Assembly: GCA_902801685.1 (NCBI GenBank)
Contig: CADCIZ010000001.1
Span: 1 to 60,610, forward strand
DNA: 60,610 bases
Source: an uncultured Erysipelotrichaceae bacterium
Lineage (GTDB): Bacteria > Bacillota_I > Bacilli_A > RF39 > UBA660
Direction: 5' to 3'
Part shown: positions 45,856-55,972 of the stretch, in pieces
Layout: each line of letters starts with the position of its first letter
Position numbering within the stretch: position 1 is the first letter of the stretch
Made by a program: the position numbers and the translations under genes
The notes under the pieces: generated by a model
Databases searched by the model: none
What the model saw: only the letters and a program-made list of their open reading frames with translations
What the model was told of the DNA's origin: nothing

Positions 45856-46272
45856 CTATTTACTTTTTCTACCTCTAAGTATAATTGATGTAAAAAATAC
45901 AACAACAAAGATACTAATTCCAACAACCACATAATCAACTTTGATATCTTTATCAACCTTTTTTACTTCTTTTTCTTTATTATTTAATTTAATTATATAT
46001 TCTCCATCTTTAGAATAAGAATAATTCTCTCTTGCATAACTAGCTAAGTATTCTGGATTATTTAACTCTTCTATTTGAACAGTAAGATCCTTTGCTTCTT
46101 TTTTTAACTGTTTATACTCTTCTTTTAATTGATATTCTTCTACTTTTAACTTGTGTATTTCATACATTTCGTAGCACAAACAAAATACAAAGTATAGTAT
46201 ACATATTAAAGATAGAATTCCAAATACTCTAAGTCTTCTTACAGTACATTTGGCAACTTTCCTCTTAGCCAT
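45856..46272 (-). CDS. divIC: Septum formation initiator family protein (DivIC/FtsB-like)
   Basis: TM, a coiled coil, then NPEYLASYARENYSYSKDGEYII. It follows yabP-yabQ as in Bacillus. Confidence 0.75.
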   Translation of the reverse strand: MAKRKVAKCTVRRLRVFGILSLICILYFVFCLCYEMYEIHKLKVEEYQLKEEYKQLKKEAKDLTVQIEELNNPEYLASYARENYSYSKDGEYIIKLNNKEKEVKKVDKDIKVDYVVVGISIFVVVFFTSIILRGRKSK

Positions 46273-46293
46273 ACCATCACCATTACAAGTGTA

Positions 46294-46581
46294 TCACCTT
46301 TTTATATTTTTTGCAATTACTCTAATAATGATATCATAACTTACAAATCCTATTATAATTGCGAATATTGAATATAGATGAAATATAACATAACCTATCT
46401 TATCTATGGCAACAAAGTATATAATTGCCATTAATAAAATAAAGATAAATGATAATATTACTTGATATACTTTATTAGTCTTTTTTATAAGTGGGTATAA
46501 TATATCAAGCGCAATAGAGAATAAAAAGCCATATATTAGGGAAAAAACTAATAGTTTTATTTGAATATTTAAACTAATCAT
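46294..46581 (-). CDS. yabQ: Spore cortex biosynthesis protein YabQ
   Basis: 95-aa polytopic membrane protein. It overlaps the yabP stop by 4 nt, in the canonical position. Confidence 0.6.
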   Translation of the reverse strand: MISLNIQIKLLVFSLIYGFLFSIALDILYPLIKKTNKVYQVILSFIFILLMAIIYFVAIDKIGYVIFHLYSIFAIIIGFVSYDIIIRVIAKNIKR

Positions 46582-46862
46582 TTAAATAACTTACTAAAAA
46601 TACTTTCTTCTTTATTCTTTTTATTACTAACATCACTATATATTATACTATCAATTTTTCCCTTTATAGCTACATCTCCTTGATATGTATCAAGTTTAAT
46701 TATTTCAAGTCCAGAACCCTTTATATTCATAAATCCCATAATTGTTTCAAGTACAAACTCATTATCATTAAAATTGTCAATCTTTTTAACACCACTAATA
46801 TTAATACTACTTCTTTTTACAATATTTACTGTATGATTTCCTGTAATAATTTCCTTGTCCAT
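46578..46862 (-). CDS. yabP: Sporulation protein YabP
   Basis: 94 aa. INISGVKKIDNFNDNEFVLETIMGFMNIKGSGLEI matches the YabP pattern. Confidence 0.75.
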   Translation of the reverse strand: MDKEIITGNHTVNIVKRSSINISGVKKIDNFNDNEFVLETIMGFMNIKGSGLEIIKLDTYQGDVAIKGKIDSIIYSDVSNKKNKEESIFSKLFK

Positions 46863-46915
46863 ATTTACCTCCCCTACAATATATGTGACTAAAAAAATAT
46901 TATGAAAAAAACAAA

Positions 46916-47176
46916 CTATTTACTAGTCTGTTTCTCATATTCAGTTAAAATTACATCATTAAATAATTCTCTTGTTTCAGTATTAATAGGATATACTATA
47001 TCTCTATTAGTACCATCATGCAACTTTCTACTTGGCATAGATAAGAATAATCCATTTGTACCATCTATAATTTTAATCCCTGTTATCTTAAAACAATCAT
47101 CAATAATAACAGAAGCGCTACCTTTCATCTTTGAATCATCATCAATTATAAATAACTTGTCTAATGTAACTTTCAT
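46916..47176 (-). CDS. spoVG: Septation protein SpoVG
   Basis: MKV..KGSASVIIDDCFKITGIKIIDGTNGLFLSMPSRK..DG..RDIVYPIN.ETRE. Confidence 0.9.
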   Translation of the reverse strand: MKVTLDKLFIIDDDSKMKGSASVIIDDCFKITGIKIIDGTNGLFLSMPSRKLHDGTNRDIVYPINTETRELFNDVILTEYEKQTSK

Positions 47177-47238
47177 ATGTTTCTCCTCTCTTATTTTACA
47201 TAATAAGTATATAATATTTAATATTTTTTTTCAATACT

Positions 47239-48435
47239 TTATAATATTTTATTTGCTTTTTCTCCATTATATAACTCATAATATTTTTTTGTTATTTTAT
47301 TATATATATTCTCTACAAGATTTAACTTTATTTCATCTCTATCAGTAATACTATTAGCATATCTTCTTTTAAATTCATCTTTGTTTCTAAATATAGGATT
47401 AATAATATATTTACCTAAAAAAGGCATTTCTTTAGCAATCCTATACGTTTTTCCTATATATCTTCCTAATCTTTTTTTATAGTATTCAATACCATCAAAC
47501 GATTCAAGTTTTTTCTTAGAATCTAATTTATTATTTAATCTAACAATTTCACTTTCTAATAATTTTATTAAATACATAATTGTAGATTTATTTAAATTTT
47601 GACTATTATCATATAGATATTCTAAAAAACTAGAAGATGTGATAATAGAATTAGTAATTCTATTATCAATAATACTTAATCTTGAATCATTAATTATTTC
47701 ATTAATATCCCGATATTCTCCTGATTTATAAAACACAGTAAATATTTCATTTTTAAATACTTCAACCCTAGTATTATTCTTATAATATCTATATAAAATA
47801 TCTAAAAAGAAATCTGTATCATAGTTTTCATACTTATCTTTCAGTCCTCTTTTAAATCTTCTTAATGAATTTATATCAGTTTTATTTAATTTATGATTAG
47901 AAATTGTTCTTTCAATACCATATAAATCCGCTTGTATCTCACAAATAAAGTCAGTAGGATGTGTAACATATCTATTTTTTACAACAGATGTACTCCATAC
48001 TAATTCTTCAACGATAGAAAAGAAATAACCAAAATCAATTTCATTCAATCTACAGTCATTATAGAAAAAATTATCTACCCTATCTTTATCTAAAGCGTGG
48101 AAAAACTCATGATAGGCAGTCTCAATCATCTCAGCCTTATTAAATTTTTCATCACTAATTAAACATATCCTTTTATCTGTTATTAAAGAAATATTATCAA
48201 AATCTGAATTATAAAAAGCAACCGTATCTCTTGCATAAGCATATATATCAATCGCTTTTATCCAATCTGAACTTCTTTTTATACTAATCTTGTTTTCTTT
48301 AAGCACTTCTTTTACTCTATCTTTTAAACTAAGATGAATAAACTGTAAATTTAATCCATACTTTTTATTTTCATGCTTTATAATATCACTAAATAATTCT
48401 AGCAAATTCTTTTTATTTATTTTTTCGTGTAACAT
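47239..48435 (-). CDS. Hypothetical protein with an HExxH motif
   Basis: AYHEFFHALD is the only recognisable motif. Confidence 0.3.
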   Translation of the reverse strand: MLHEKINKKNLLELFSDIIKHENKKYGLNLQFIHLSLKDRVKEVLKENKISIKRSSDWIKAIDIYAYARDTVAFYNSDFDNISLITDKRICLISDEKFNKAEMIETAYHEFFHALDKDRVDNFFYNDCRLNEIDFGYFFSIVEELVWSTSVVKNRYVTHPTDFICEIQADLYGIERTISNHKLNKTDINSLRRFKRGLKDKYENYDTDFFLDILYRYYKNNTRVEVFKNEIFTVFYKSGEYRDINEIINDSRLSIIDNRITNSIITSSSFLEYLYDNSQNLNKSTIMYLIKLLESEIVRLNNKLDSKKKLESFDGIEYYKKRLGRYIGKTYRIAKEMPFLGKYIINPIFRNKDEFKRRYANSITDRDEIKLNLVENIYNKITKKYYELYNGEKANKIL

Positions 48436-48449
48436 TTTTCCAACTCTTT

Positions 48450-48884
48450 TTATCTTAACCCTTTCTTTATTTCTCTATTTATATCCTTCTCTTTCATAGA
48501 TTCTCTTTTATCATACACTTTTTTTCCTTTACCAATACCAAGTAATAGCTTTGCTTTATTCTTACTAAAATATAGTTTTATAGGTACTAAAGTATATCCT
48601 TTTATTTCTATCTTATCTCTAATTTTTAGTATTTCATTTTTATGAAGTAATAACTTTCTCGTACGGTACTCATCATGATTAAATCTATTCCCTTTATCAT
48701 AAGGACTAATATGCATTCCAAGTATAAAACACTCACCTTTTTTTATAATAGCATAACTATCCTTTAAATTAGCCTTACCATCTCTTATAGATTTAATCTC
48801 CGTACCAGTAAGAACTATCCCTGCTTCATATGTATCACTTATCGTATAATCATATAAAGCCTTTCTATTTTTAATCTCAATCAT
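48450..48884 (-). CDS. smpB: SsrA-binding protein
   Basis: NRKALYDYTISDTYEAGIVLTGTEIKSIR and RTRKLLLHKNE. Confidence 0.95.
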   Translation of the reverse strand: MIEIKNRKALYDYTISDTYEAGIVLTGTEIKSIRDGKANLKDSYAIIKKGECFILGMHISPYDKGNRFNHDEYRTRKLLLHKNEILKIRDKIEIKGYTLVPIKLYFSKNKAKLLLGIGKGKKVYDKRESMKEKDINREIKKGLR

Positions 48885-50019
48885 ATTTAACCTCGCTGTT
48901 TACAATTCCCATATATTTAGTTTCTAAATCTTTATAACCATTTAATATTGAATCATCTAAATCTTTAAATGGATATACTTTATATTTAGTATCATAAGTT
49001 GTTGAATAAGTGTATAGTAAATTCTTATCAATATTTTCAAATGAAACCTTCTTATCCTTTACTACAATATCCATACCTACCATAAGCCCAATAGTCTTAT
49101 CTATTCCCATAGGTCTTTGTCCAGATAAGAAATTACCTAATGAATAAATAACTAAAGTATCATTAACATATCCTACGGGTTGAACTACGTGAGGATGAGA
49201 TCCAATTATTAAGTTTACTCCTAAACTAGATAAATACTGCGCAATTTCTTTTTCTTCTTTAGTAGGTTCGAATACATACTCATCTCCCCAGTGCATTGAC
49301 ACAATTATTACATCTACTTGTGTCTTAATCTTATCTATATCTTCTTTAGCTTGTTCATCACTATATACATTAAGTAAATATTCTTTTCCCTTTGGAACAT
49401 TTAGTCCATTAGTAGTTGTTGTATAAGCTAAAAATGCATACTTAATTTCATTTTTCTCATATACTTTTATATCATTTCTCTCATCACTAGATGAATATGT
49501 ACCTGCGGTTATTACATCTTTAGTCTTCCAATATTCATTAGAGTTTAATATACCAGTTTCATCTTTATCTAGGGAATGATTATTCGCAAGACTAACTAAG
49601 TTAAAACCTAAATCAACCATATTGTCTCCTATTTCTTCTGGAGAATTAAATCTAGGATAATGTGATACTCCCAGTGCTTTACCACCAATAATAGTTTCTT
49701 GATTATAATACTTTAAATCATAATTACTAATCATTGGTCCAACTAACTCAATCATCCCGCTAAAATCATAACTATTAAACCCAGTTCTTGCATCCATATA
49801 AACTGCCCCATGGATTAAACAATCTCCAACTGCTACTAAACTCATCTTCTTTGTAGTATCTTTTTCAACCTTCTCTGTAGTCTTAGTTTTACTGCTTTTC
49901 TTACTGCTACTTTTACTATTACTTCCACTATTCATTAAAAAATAAATTCCAACACAAATACCAATAATAATTACAAGTAATATTACTATCGGCATCTTTT
50001 TTACTCTTCTTTTTTTCAT
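48877..50019 (-). CDS. CapA family protein (PGA_cap metallophosphatase-like), membrane-anchored
   Basis: N-terminal TM plus a Ser/Lys linker; LVAVGDCLIH, LANNHSLD, VSMHWGDEY and GSHPHVVQP. Confidence 0.8.
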   Translation of the reverse strand: MKKRRVKKMPIVILLVIIIGICVGIYFLMNSGSNSKSSSKKSSKTKTTEKVEKDTTKKMSLVAVGDCLIHGAVYMDARTGFNSYDFSGMIELVGPMISNYDLKYYNQETIIGGKALGVSHYPRFNSPEEIGDNMVDLGFNLVSLANNHSLDKDETGILNSNEYWKTKDVITAGTYSSSDERNDIKVYEKNEIKYAFLAYTTTTNGLNVPKGKEYLLNVYSDEQAKEDIDKIKTQVDVIIVSMHWGDEYVFEPTKEEKEIAQYLSSLGVNLIIGSHPHVVQPVGYVNDTLVIYSLGNFLSGQRPMGIDKTIGLMVGMDIVVKDKKVSFENIDKNLLYTYSTTYDTKYKVYPFKDLDDSILNGYKDLETKYMGIVNSEVKYD

Positions 50020-51141
50020 TTACATCACATCTCCAACAATACTCATATACTTTTCTTCTATGCTCTTATAATCACTAAGTATATCATCACTCATCTTACT
50101 AAATGGTATAACTTTAAATTTAGTACTATTATCTGAATAGGAATATAATAGTTCTTTTTCCTTAATACTTATCTTAGTATTATCCCCATCAACAGTAATA
50201 TCTACTCCAACCATTAATCCGATTGCTGGATTTAATCCCAATACTAATTGATTAGATATAAAGTTACCAAGTGAATATATAACTAGTGTTTCTCCCACAT
50301 ACTCTATCGGTTGAACAACGTGTGGATGAGTACCTATTATAAGATCTACTCCTAATTCTGACAAATAAGCGGCAATCTCTTTTTCGCTATTAGTAGGAGT
50401 ATTAGTATATTCATCACCCCAATGCATTGCGACAATTATTACATCTACTTTATCTTTAATCTTATTGACATCATCTTTTACAAGTTCATTACTATAAACG
50501 TTAACTAAATATGATTTATCACTAGCAAGGTCATAACCATTTAAAGATGTAGTATAAGCTAAAAATGCATACTTAATTCCATTTTTCTCATATACCTTTA
50601 TATCATCTCTATCTTCAAAAGAAGAATAAGTACCTGCAGTTATTACATCTTTACCACTCCAATATTTATTAGAGTAAAGAAGCGCAGTTTCACCTTTATC
50701 ATAAGCATGATTATTAGCAAGTCCAAATATATTAAAGCCAGTATCAATTAAATTATCACCTATACTATCAGGAGCATTAAAAGTAGGATATCCACTATAT
50801 TTAAAACTAGGTCCGCCTATTATCGATTCTTGATTGACATACTTTAAATCATAATCTTTAATCATAGGTTTAATATAAGAAAACATAGAAGTAAAATCAT
50901 AAGTACCATCTTTATAAGCATCCGCAAGTACTGAATCATGCGTAAGAACATCCCCTACCATTACTAAAGACATGCTTTTTTTCTTACTACTCTCATTTAC
51001 TTTTTTCTTATTAGTAACCTTAATATTACTCTTCTTATTAGTCTTATTACTAGGTTTAATAATAACTACACCTATAACCCCAATTATTATTAATAACAGT
51101 ATAATTATTGGCATCTTTTTTAACTTTCTTTTCTTCATCAC
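50020..51141 (-). CDS. CapA family protein, tandem paralog
   Basis: LVMVGDVLTH, LANNHAYD, VAMHWGDEY and GTHPHVVQP. It abuts the downstream paralog with no gap. Confidence 0.8.
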   Translation of the reverse strand: MMKKRKLKKMPIIILLLIIIGVIGVVIIKPSNKTNKKSNIKVTNKKKVNESSKKKSMSLVMVGDVLTHDSVLADAYKDGTYDFTSMFSYIKPMIKDYDLKYVNQESIIGGPSFKYSGYPTFNAPDSIGDNLIDTGFNIFGLANNHAYDKGETALLYSNKYWSGKDVITAGTYSSFEDRDDIKVYEKNGIKYAFLAYTTSLNGYDLASDKSYLVNVYSNELVKDDVNKIKDKVDVIIVAMHWGDEYTNTPTNSEKEIAAYLSELGVDLIIGTHPHVVQPIEYVGETLVIYSLGNFISNQLVLGLNPAIGLMVGVDITVDGDNTKISIKEKELLYSYSDNSTKFKVIPFSKMSDDILSDYKSIEEKYMSIVGDVM

Positions 51142-51209
51142 ATCACCTTTTTATCTACAATTTAATTATAAACTAAAGAAAAAGTAAAGTCTATAACTTT
51201 ACTTAAACT

Positions 51210-52376
51210 TTATAGTAAATCTGTAATATCACAACCTGAATTATAGAAACCAAATGTCTGTAATACAAAGTTTATTATGAGTGGTAACAAGAATAGAAGA
51301 GCCGCAACAATTAATCTTTTTATAAACTTACCTTGAGCCTTTTTCATATCATCATCATTTTGCGCAGCAATAGCCTTAATAAAATCTAACATAGTAAGAA
51401 TTATAATAAGAGCAGGAAGTATATATTTAATCCACTTAAGAACATTATATATCATCGAAATTATATCTTCTGTTAATGAACATTTGATAGTTACAACGGT
51501 ATCAGTTATTAAAATATCTTTTTCATTTTTTAAATTTAAACAATCAGTCATACATGAATCGCCATAATTTTGATGCGCAATAACATTTTTACAATATTCC
51601 TTTAATTTTTCTAACTTTAAACTATGATTAGTTGCTTCTGTTCCACAAGCATTATTTTTACTGACACAACTCTTATATTCATCGGCTAAATCCTTTAGTT
51701 CTTCTTTCGATTCTTCATAGTATTCACAAGTGTATTTTACATCTACCGATTCCTTTTGATCAGTGTATTCTTCATCACGTTCAAACAAAGCACAATCATT
51801 AGTTTTATCACTAATTTGATACGGTCCCCTACAAGCAGGAGTGCCAGTTGAAATCGGAGTACCAGCTACGCTTCCTGTATCCATTATATTGTACTTTTTT
51901 GCATATGAAGCACATTTATCATAATTTGAAAATAATAAATTCTCATCTGTATTTGGATTATCACTAGGTTTTATCAAATACAACTTAGAGTTTTCAATTT
52001 CAGTTCTTTTAGAATCGTCAAAAAGAACTGAATATAGTGTCATTGAAGACATAGTATGCTTACAGATATATACCTTAGATTGACATTTATTCTGTACTTT
52101 CTTTAAAATAAAATCTACATTCATTGAAGAATCAAGAGCAAAATCAGCAATAAAATCAATTTTCCCATTTGGAATATTATTAACTACTTTTTCAGAAGTA
52201 ATTCTTTTTTCATCAGTATCTATTGTGTATCTAAATTTATAATCTGTTGTTAACCCAGCTGTTACACCTTTATCATTCTTATATTGACAATTATACTTTT
52301 CAGCATATATCTTGCTATTAATAAAACACACACATATTATAGCAATAGCAAAACACTTTAAAACTTTCTTCATCAA
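51210..52376 (-). CDS. Cys-rich exported protein with a C-terminal VirB2/TrbC-like two-TM hairpin (paralog of 40378-41175)
   Basis: Signal peptide, then a ~290-aa Cys-rich ectodomain. This is followed by ILPALIIILTMLDFIKAIAAQNDDDMKKAQGKFIKRLIVAALLFLLPLIINFV. Confidence 0.5.
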   Translation of the reverse strand: MMKKVLKCFAIAIICVCFINSKIYAEKYNCQYKNDKGVTAGLTTDYKFRYTIDTDEKRITSEKVVNNIPNGKIDFIADFALDSSMNVDFILKKVQNKCQSKVYICKHTMSSMTLYSVLFDDSKRTEIENSKLYLIKPSDNPNTDENLLFSNYDKCASYAKKYNIMDTGSVAGTPISTGTPACRGPYQISDKTNDCALFERDEEYTDQKESVDVKYTCEYYEESKEELKDLADEYKSCVSKNNACGTEATNHSLKLEKLKEYCKNVIAHQNYGDSCMTDCLNLKNEKDILITDTVVTIKCSLTEDIISMIYNVLKWIKYILPALIIILTMLDFIKAIAAQNDDDMKKAQGKFIKRLIVAALLFLLPLIINFVLQTFGFYNSGCDITDLL

Positions 52377-52426
52377 ATCACTCTCACTAGAATAATTATA
52401 ATAAAAGATAGAAAAAAAAGCAATAA

Positions 52427-54526
52427 TTATGCTTCATTATCTATAAGAAAATCTACTGTATGTTTTTCTTTTGATGCAGCTTTAACTACTACTTTTATTG
52501 TATCTCCTAATCTAAATCCTCTTTTATTTCTTTTACCTACTAAAGAGAATGTATCTTCATTATATTCGTAATAATCTCCTTTGATATCTTCTACTCTTAT
52601 CAATCCTTCTATTAAATTAGGTAATTCTACAAATATACCAAAACTCATTACTCCTGATATTACTCCCTCGAAATGCTCACCTATATGTTTTTCCATATAT
52701 TCAGCTTTCTTCATATCATCTACTTCTCGTTCACATTCAATACTATTTCTTTCTTTTAATGAAGAATGTTCTGCAACAAATGGTAATTTCGCTTCCCAAT
52801 GTTTAATAGTTTCTTTATTTAAATTCTTATTAAATAAATATGTGTGAAGTAATCTATGAACTGTAGTATCAGGATATCTTCTAATTGGTGATGTAAAATG
52901 CGTATAACACTTACTAGCTAAACCAAAGTGTCCAATATTCTTTGTATCATATATTGCTTTTTGCATACTTCTAAGTAACTCTTTAGACATCATAGAATAT
53001 TCTTTTGCATCTTTTAATTGTTCTAATATCCCTTGCATAGCCTTAGGAGTAATCTTATTTATTTTACCTGTAACTGTATAACCTAAAATACTTATATAAT
53101 GCATAAATTTAGTAATCTTCTCTTCATTAGGTTCACCATGTACACGATAGATAAATGGATAATCCATGTAAAAGATATGTCTAGCGACCGTTTCATTAGC
53201 AGCTATCATAAAGTCTTCTATTAATTTCTCTCCAGTACCTCTATCTCTTAAGATTACATCAATAGCCTCGCCTTTGTCATTTACAATAATTTTAGATTCA
53301 TCTAAATCAAAATCTATATAACCTTTTTCCACTTTATTTTTTCTAAGTATATCTGCAAGTTTCTTCATATCTTTTAAAGTATCTGCATACTTTTCATAAT
53401 TATCAGGAACTATATCTTCTTCTAATATTTTATTTACTTTCTTATAAGTCATTTGAATATTAGATTTAATTACACTCTCAAATATTTCATAATCTACTAC
53501 CTCTCCAGTAGAATCTATTTCCATTTCACATGAGATAGCAAGCCTATCTACATTAGGATTTAATGAACAGATTCCATTAGATAATTTATGGGGTAACATT
53601 GGTATTACTCTATCTGCTAAATATACACTAGTACCTCTATCATACGCTTCTTTATCTAACTCAGTATCTTCTTTAACGTAATGAGAAACATCTGCTATAT
53701 GTACACCTAATTTATAATTACCATTAGAAAGAATATCAAGTGATATCGCATCATCTATATCCTTAGTATCATCACCGTCTATAGTAAATATAATCTTATT
53801 TCTTAAATCAGTTCTACCAATATATTCTTCTTCTAATACCTCACTAGGTAATTTATCTACCTCGTACATTACTTCTTCTTTAAAAGTATCATTTATATCA
53901 TGTTTTGCAGCAATAGATAATATATCAACTCCTGGATCGTTAACATGTCCAATTATCTTAATAACTTCACCTTTAAAGTTATGATTATCCATTCTATTTA
54001 ATAGTTTAACAACTACTTTATGACCTTCTACTACATCTTTTAAACTATTCTTATCTAGTATTACATTAATGTTTAGCTTATCATCATCTAATTTGAGTTC
54101 TAAGTTGTTTTTATTCTTTACTATAGTTCCAACTACATTATCTATTTCTCTTTTAACAACTTTAAGAATTCTACCTTCTAAGTCAAAACCTTTCTTAGAA
54201 GTAATTTCTGCAATAACTATATCTCCATGAATCGCACCATTCATGTTAGTTGCAGAAACATAGATATCATCCTTGCCTTCAATATCTACAAAACCATACC
54301 CTTTTTTATTTACAATTAATTTACCAGTCTTTAAATGACTATTATCAAATAACATATATTTATCTTTATTAGTATGATACACTTCAAGTTCATTCTCTAA
54401 TTTCTCTAGTTCTTTTAATAACTCTTGCAGATCACTACTACTATTTAATTTTAATAAATCATTTATTTCATATACACTTAAAGCCTTATTTTCATTCTTT
54501 AATATATCTATTATTCTATCTTTCAT
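52427..54526 (-). CDS. rnr: Ribonuclease R
   Basis: FTIDGDDTKDIDDAIS and HFTSPIRRYPD (RNB domain), plus a C-terminal S1 domain (FEGVISGVMSFGIFVEL). Confidence 0.95.
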   Translation of the reverse strand: MKDRIIDILKNENKALSVYEINDLLKLNSSSDLQELLKELEKLENELEVYHTNKDKYMLFDNSHLKTGKLIVNKKGYGFVDIEGKDDIYVSATNMNGAIHGDIVIAEITSKKGFDLEGRILKVVKREIDNVVGTIVKNKNNLELKLDDDKLNINVILDKNSLKDVVEGHKVVVKLLNRMDNHNFKGEVIKIIGHVNDPGVDILSIAAKHDINDTFKEEVMYEVDKLPSEVLEEEYIGRTDLRNKIIFTIDGDDTKDIDDAISLDILSNGNYKLGVHIADVSHYVKEDTELDKEAYDRGTSVYLADRVIPMLPHKLSNGICSLNPNVDRLAISCEMEIDSTGEVVDYEIFESVIKSNIQMTYKKVNKILEEDIVPDNYEKYADTLKDMKKLADILRKNKVEKGYIDFDLDESKIIVNDKGEAIDVILRDRGTGEKLIEDFMIAANETVARHIFYMDYPFIYRVHGEPNEEKITKFMHYISILGYTVTGKINKITPKAMQGILEQLKDAKEYSMMSKELLRSMQKAIYDTKNIGHFGLASKCYTHFTSPIRRYPDTTVHRLLHTYLFNKNLNKETIKHWEAKLPFVAEHSSLKERNSIECEREVDDMKKAEYMEKHIGEHFEGVISGVMSFGIFVELPNLIEGLIRVEDIKGDYYEYNEDTFSLVGKRNKRGFRLGDTIKVVVKAASKEKHTVDFLIDNEA

Positions 54527-55590
54527 TTTTCTATCTCCTTTGTATCCATCTCTACTTGATTAATACTATTAAATCTTTTAGTAATCTTATCTGTTGTAGT
54601 ATGAATATCTTTAACATCTTTACTAACAGTTTCTATACTTCTATATAGTTTATCCCAACGTTCTTTATATCTTTTAAATTCAGTATCAAGTAGTATTAAC
54701 TCGTTATGAATTACTTTTGCATACTTATCTCTTTCGATATTTTTAATTATTACTTGAATAGTTGTAAGCGTACTAATTAAAGTAGTAGGACTAGTTATCC
54801 ACACTCTTTTTTTATAAGCATAATCAAGTATATCATTATGATATGCATTAACCTCTGCAAATAGCGCTTCAGCAGGTAAAAACATAATAGCCTGATCACT
54901 AGTTACTCCAGGAATAATATACTTACTACTAATGGCATCAATATGTTTTTTCATATCTATTTTAAACTGTTTTTCAGCCTGAGTTCTTACATTAACGCTA
55001 TTATTCTTATCAACCATAATTTGATAACTCTCAAGTGGAAACTTAGAGTCTATAGCAATCATACCAAGTGGTTCTGGAGCAAATAATACTGAATCTGCTA
55101 TAGTTCCATTAGGAAGAGTATATTGTGTTTGATATATAGTTTTATTATTAACACCAAAAACATTAGATAGGATGTGCTCCAAATTTACCTCACCAAATAT
55201 TCCTCTAGTTTTCTTATCAGTAAGCACTCCTTGTAATGATACAATATCTCCAGATAAACTATCAATCTTTTTCTGTGCTTCATCTATTTTCGATAACCTT
55301 TCAAGTACATTAGTAAATGTTTTATTAGTTCTTTCAAAATTTTCATCTAATCTAGAATTTACTTTATCATTCATTACATTTAGTTTTGCATCCATTCTAT
55401 CATTAAGTTTATCAAAATCTTCATTAATGTCACGAGCAAAATCACTTTTAAAATCACTAATCTCTTTTACTACTTCTAACTCTAATCTATTAATTTTTTC
55501 TACTAAGTCATTATTGTTATTCTTTCTTACTATTAAAGCAACTACTAATATAAGTAATACAACTAACAAACCAATTATTAAATATTCCAT
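54523..55590 (-). CDS. rmuC: DNA recombination protein RmuC
   Basis: N-terminal TM, a coiled coil, RGIFGEVNLEHIL, DSKFPLESY and MFLPAEALF. Start at ATG 55590 behind GGTGA. Confidence 0.85.
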   Translation of the reverse strand: MEYLIIGLLVVLLILVVALIVRKNNNNDLVEKINRLELEVVKEISDFKSDFARDINEDFDKLNDRMDAKLNVMNDKVNSRLDENFERTNKTFTNVLERLSKIDEAQKKIDSLSGDIVSLQGVLTDKKTRGIFGEVNLEHILSNVFGVNNKTIYQTQYTLPNGTIADSVLFAPEPLGMIAIDSKFPLESYQIMVDKNNSVNVRTQAEKQFKIDMKKHIDAISSKYIIPGVTSDQAIMFLPAEALFAEVNAYHNDILDYAYKKRVWITSPTTLISTLTTIQVIIKNIERDKYAKVIHNELILLDTEFKRYKERWDKLYRSIETVSKDVKDIHTTTDKITKRFNSINQVEMDTKEIEK

Positions 55591-55651
55591 CTTATCACCA
55601 TCTTCATTATAGTACATTTGTACATTTTAAGCAAGAAAAAAACAGAATATT

Positions 55652-55948
55652 TTACTCTGTTAAAATCCATGCTTCATACCCACCAATAATATTAATTAAA
55701 TTATAACCTTTACTATTTAATATATTACATAATTGCATACTCTTTCTTCCTTTTTGGCAGTATACATAATATACTTTATTTTTATATAAATACTTATCAG
55801 GATTATAAATCAATTTATTAAATGGGATATTACAAGCATTTAATATATGATTATCATTATATTTTTCTTCACTTCTTATATCTATAATATCAACACTACC
55901 AAGATTTCTTAAATCATTTACAGTAATACTATTCAATATAATCACCAA
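55652..55948 (-). CDS. Rhodanese-like domain protein
   Basis: 98 aa with the active-site loop YCQKGRKS. Confidence 0.8.
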   Translation of the reverse strand: MVIILNSITVNDLRNLGSVDIIDIRSEEKYNDNHILNACNIPFNKLIYNPDKYLYKNKVYYVYCQKGRKSMQLCNILNSKGYNLINIIGGYEAWILTE

Positions 55949-55972
55949 TATATTATATGATAAATAACATAA

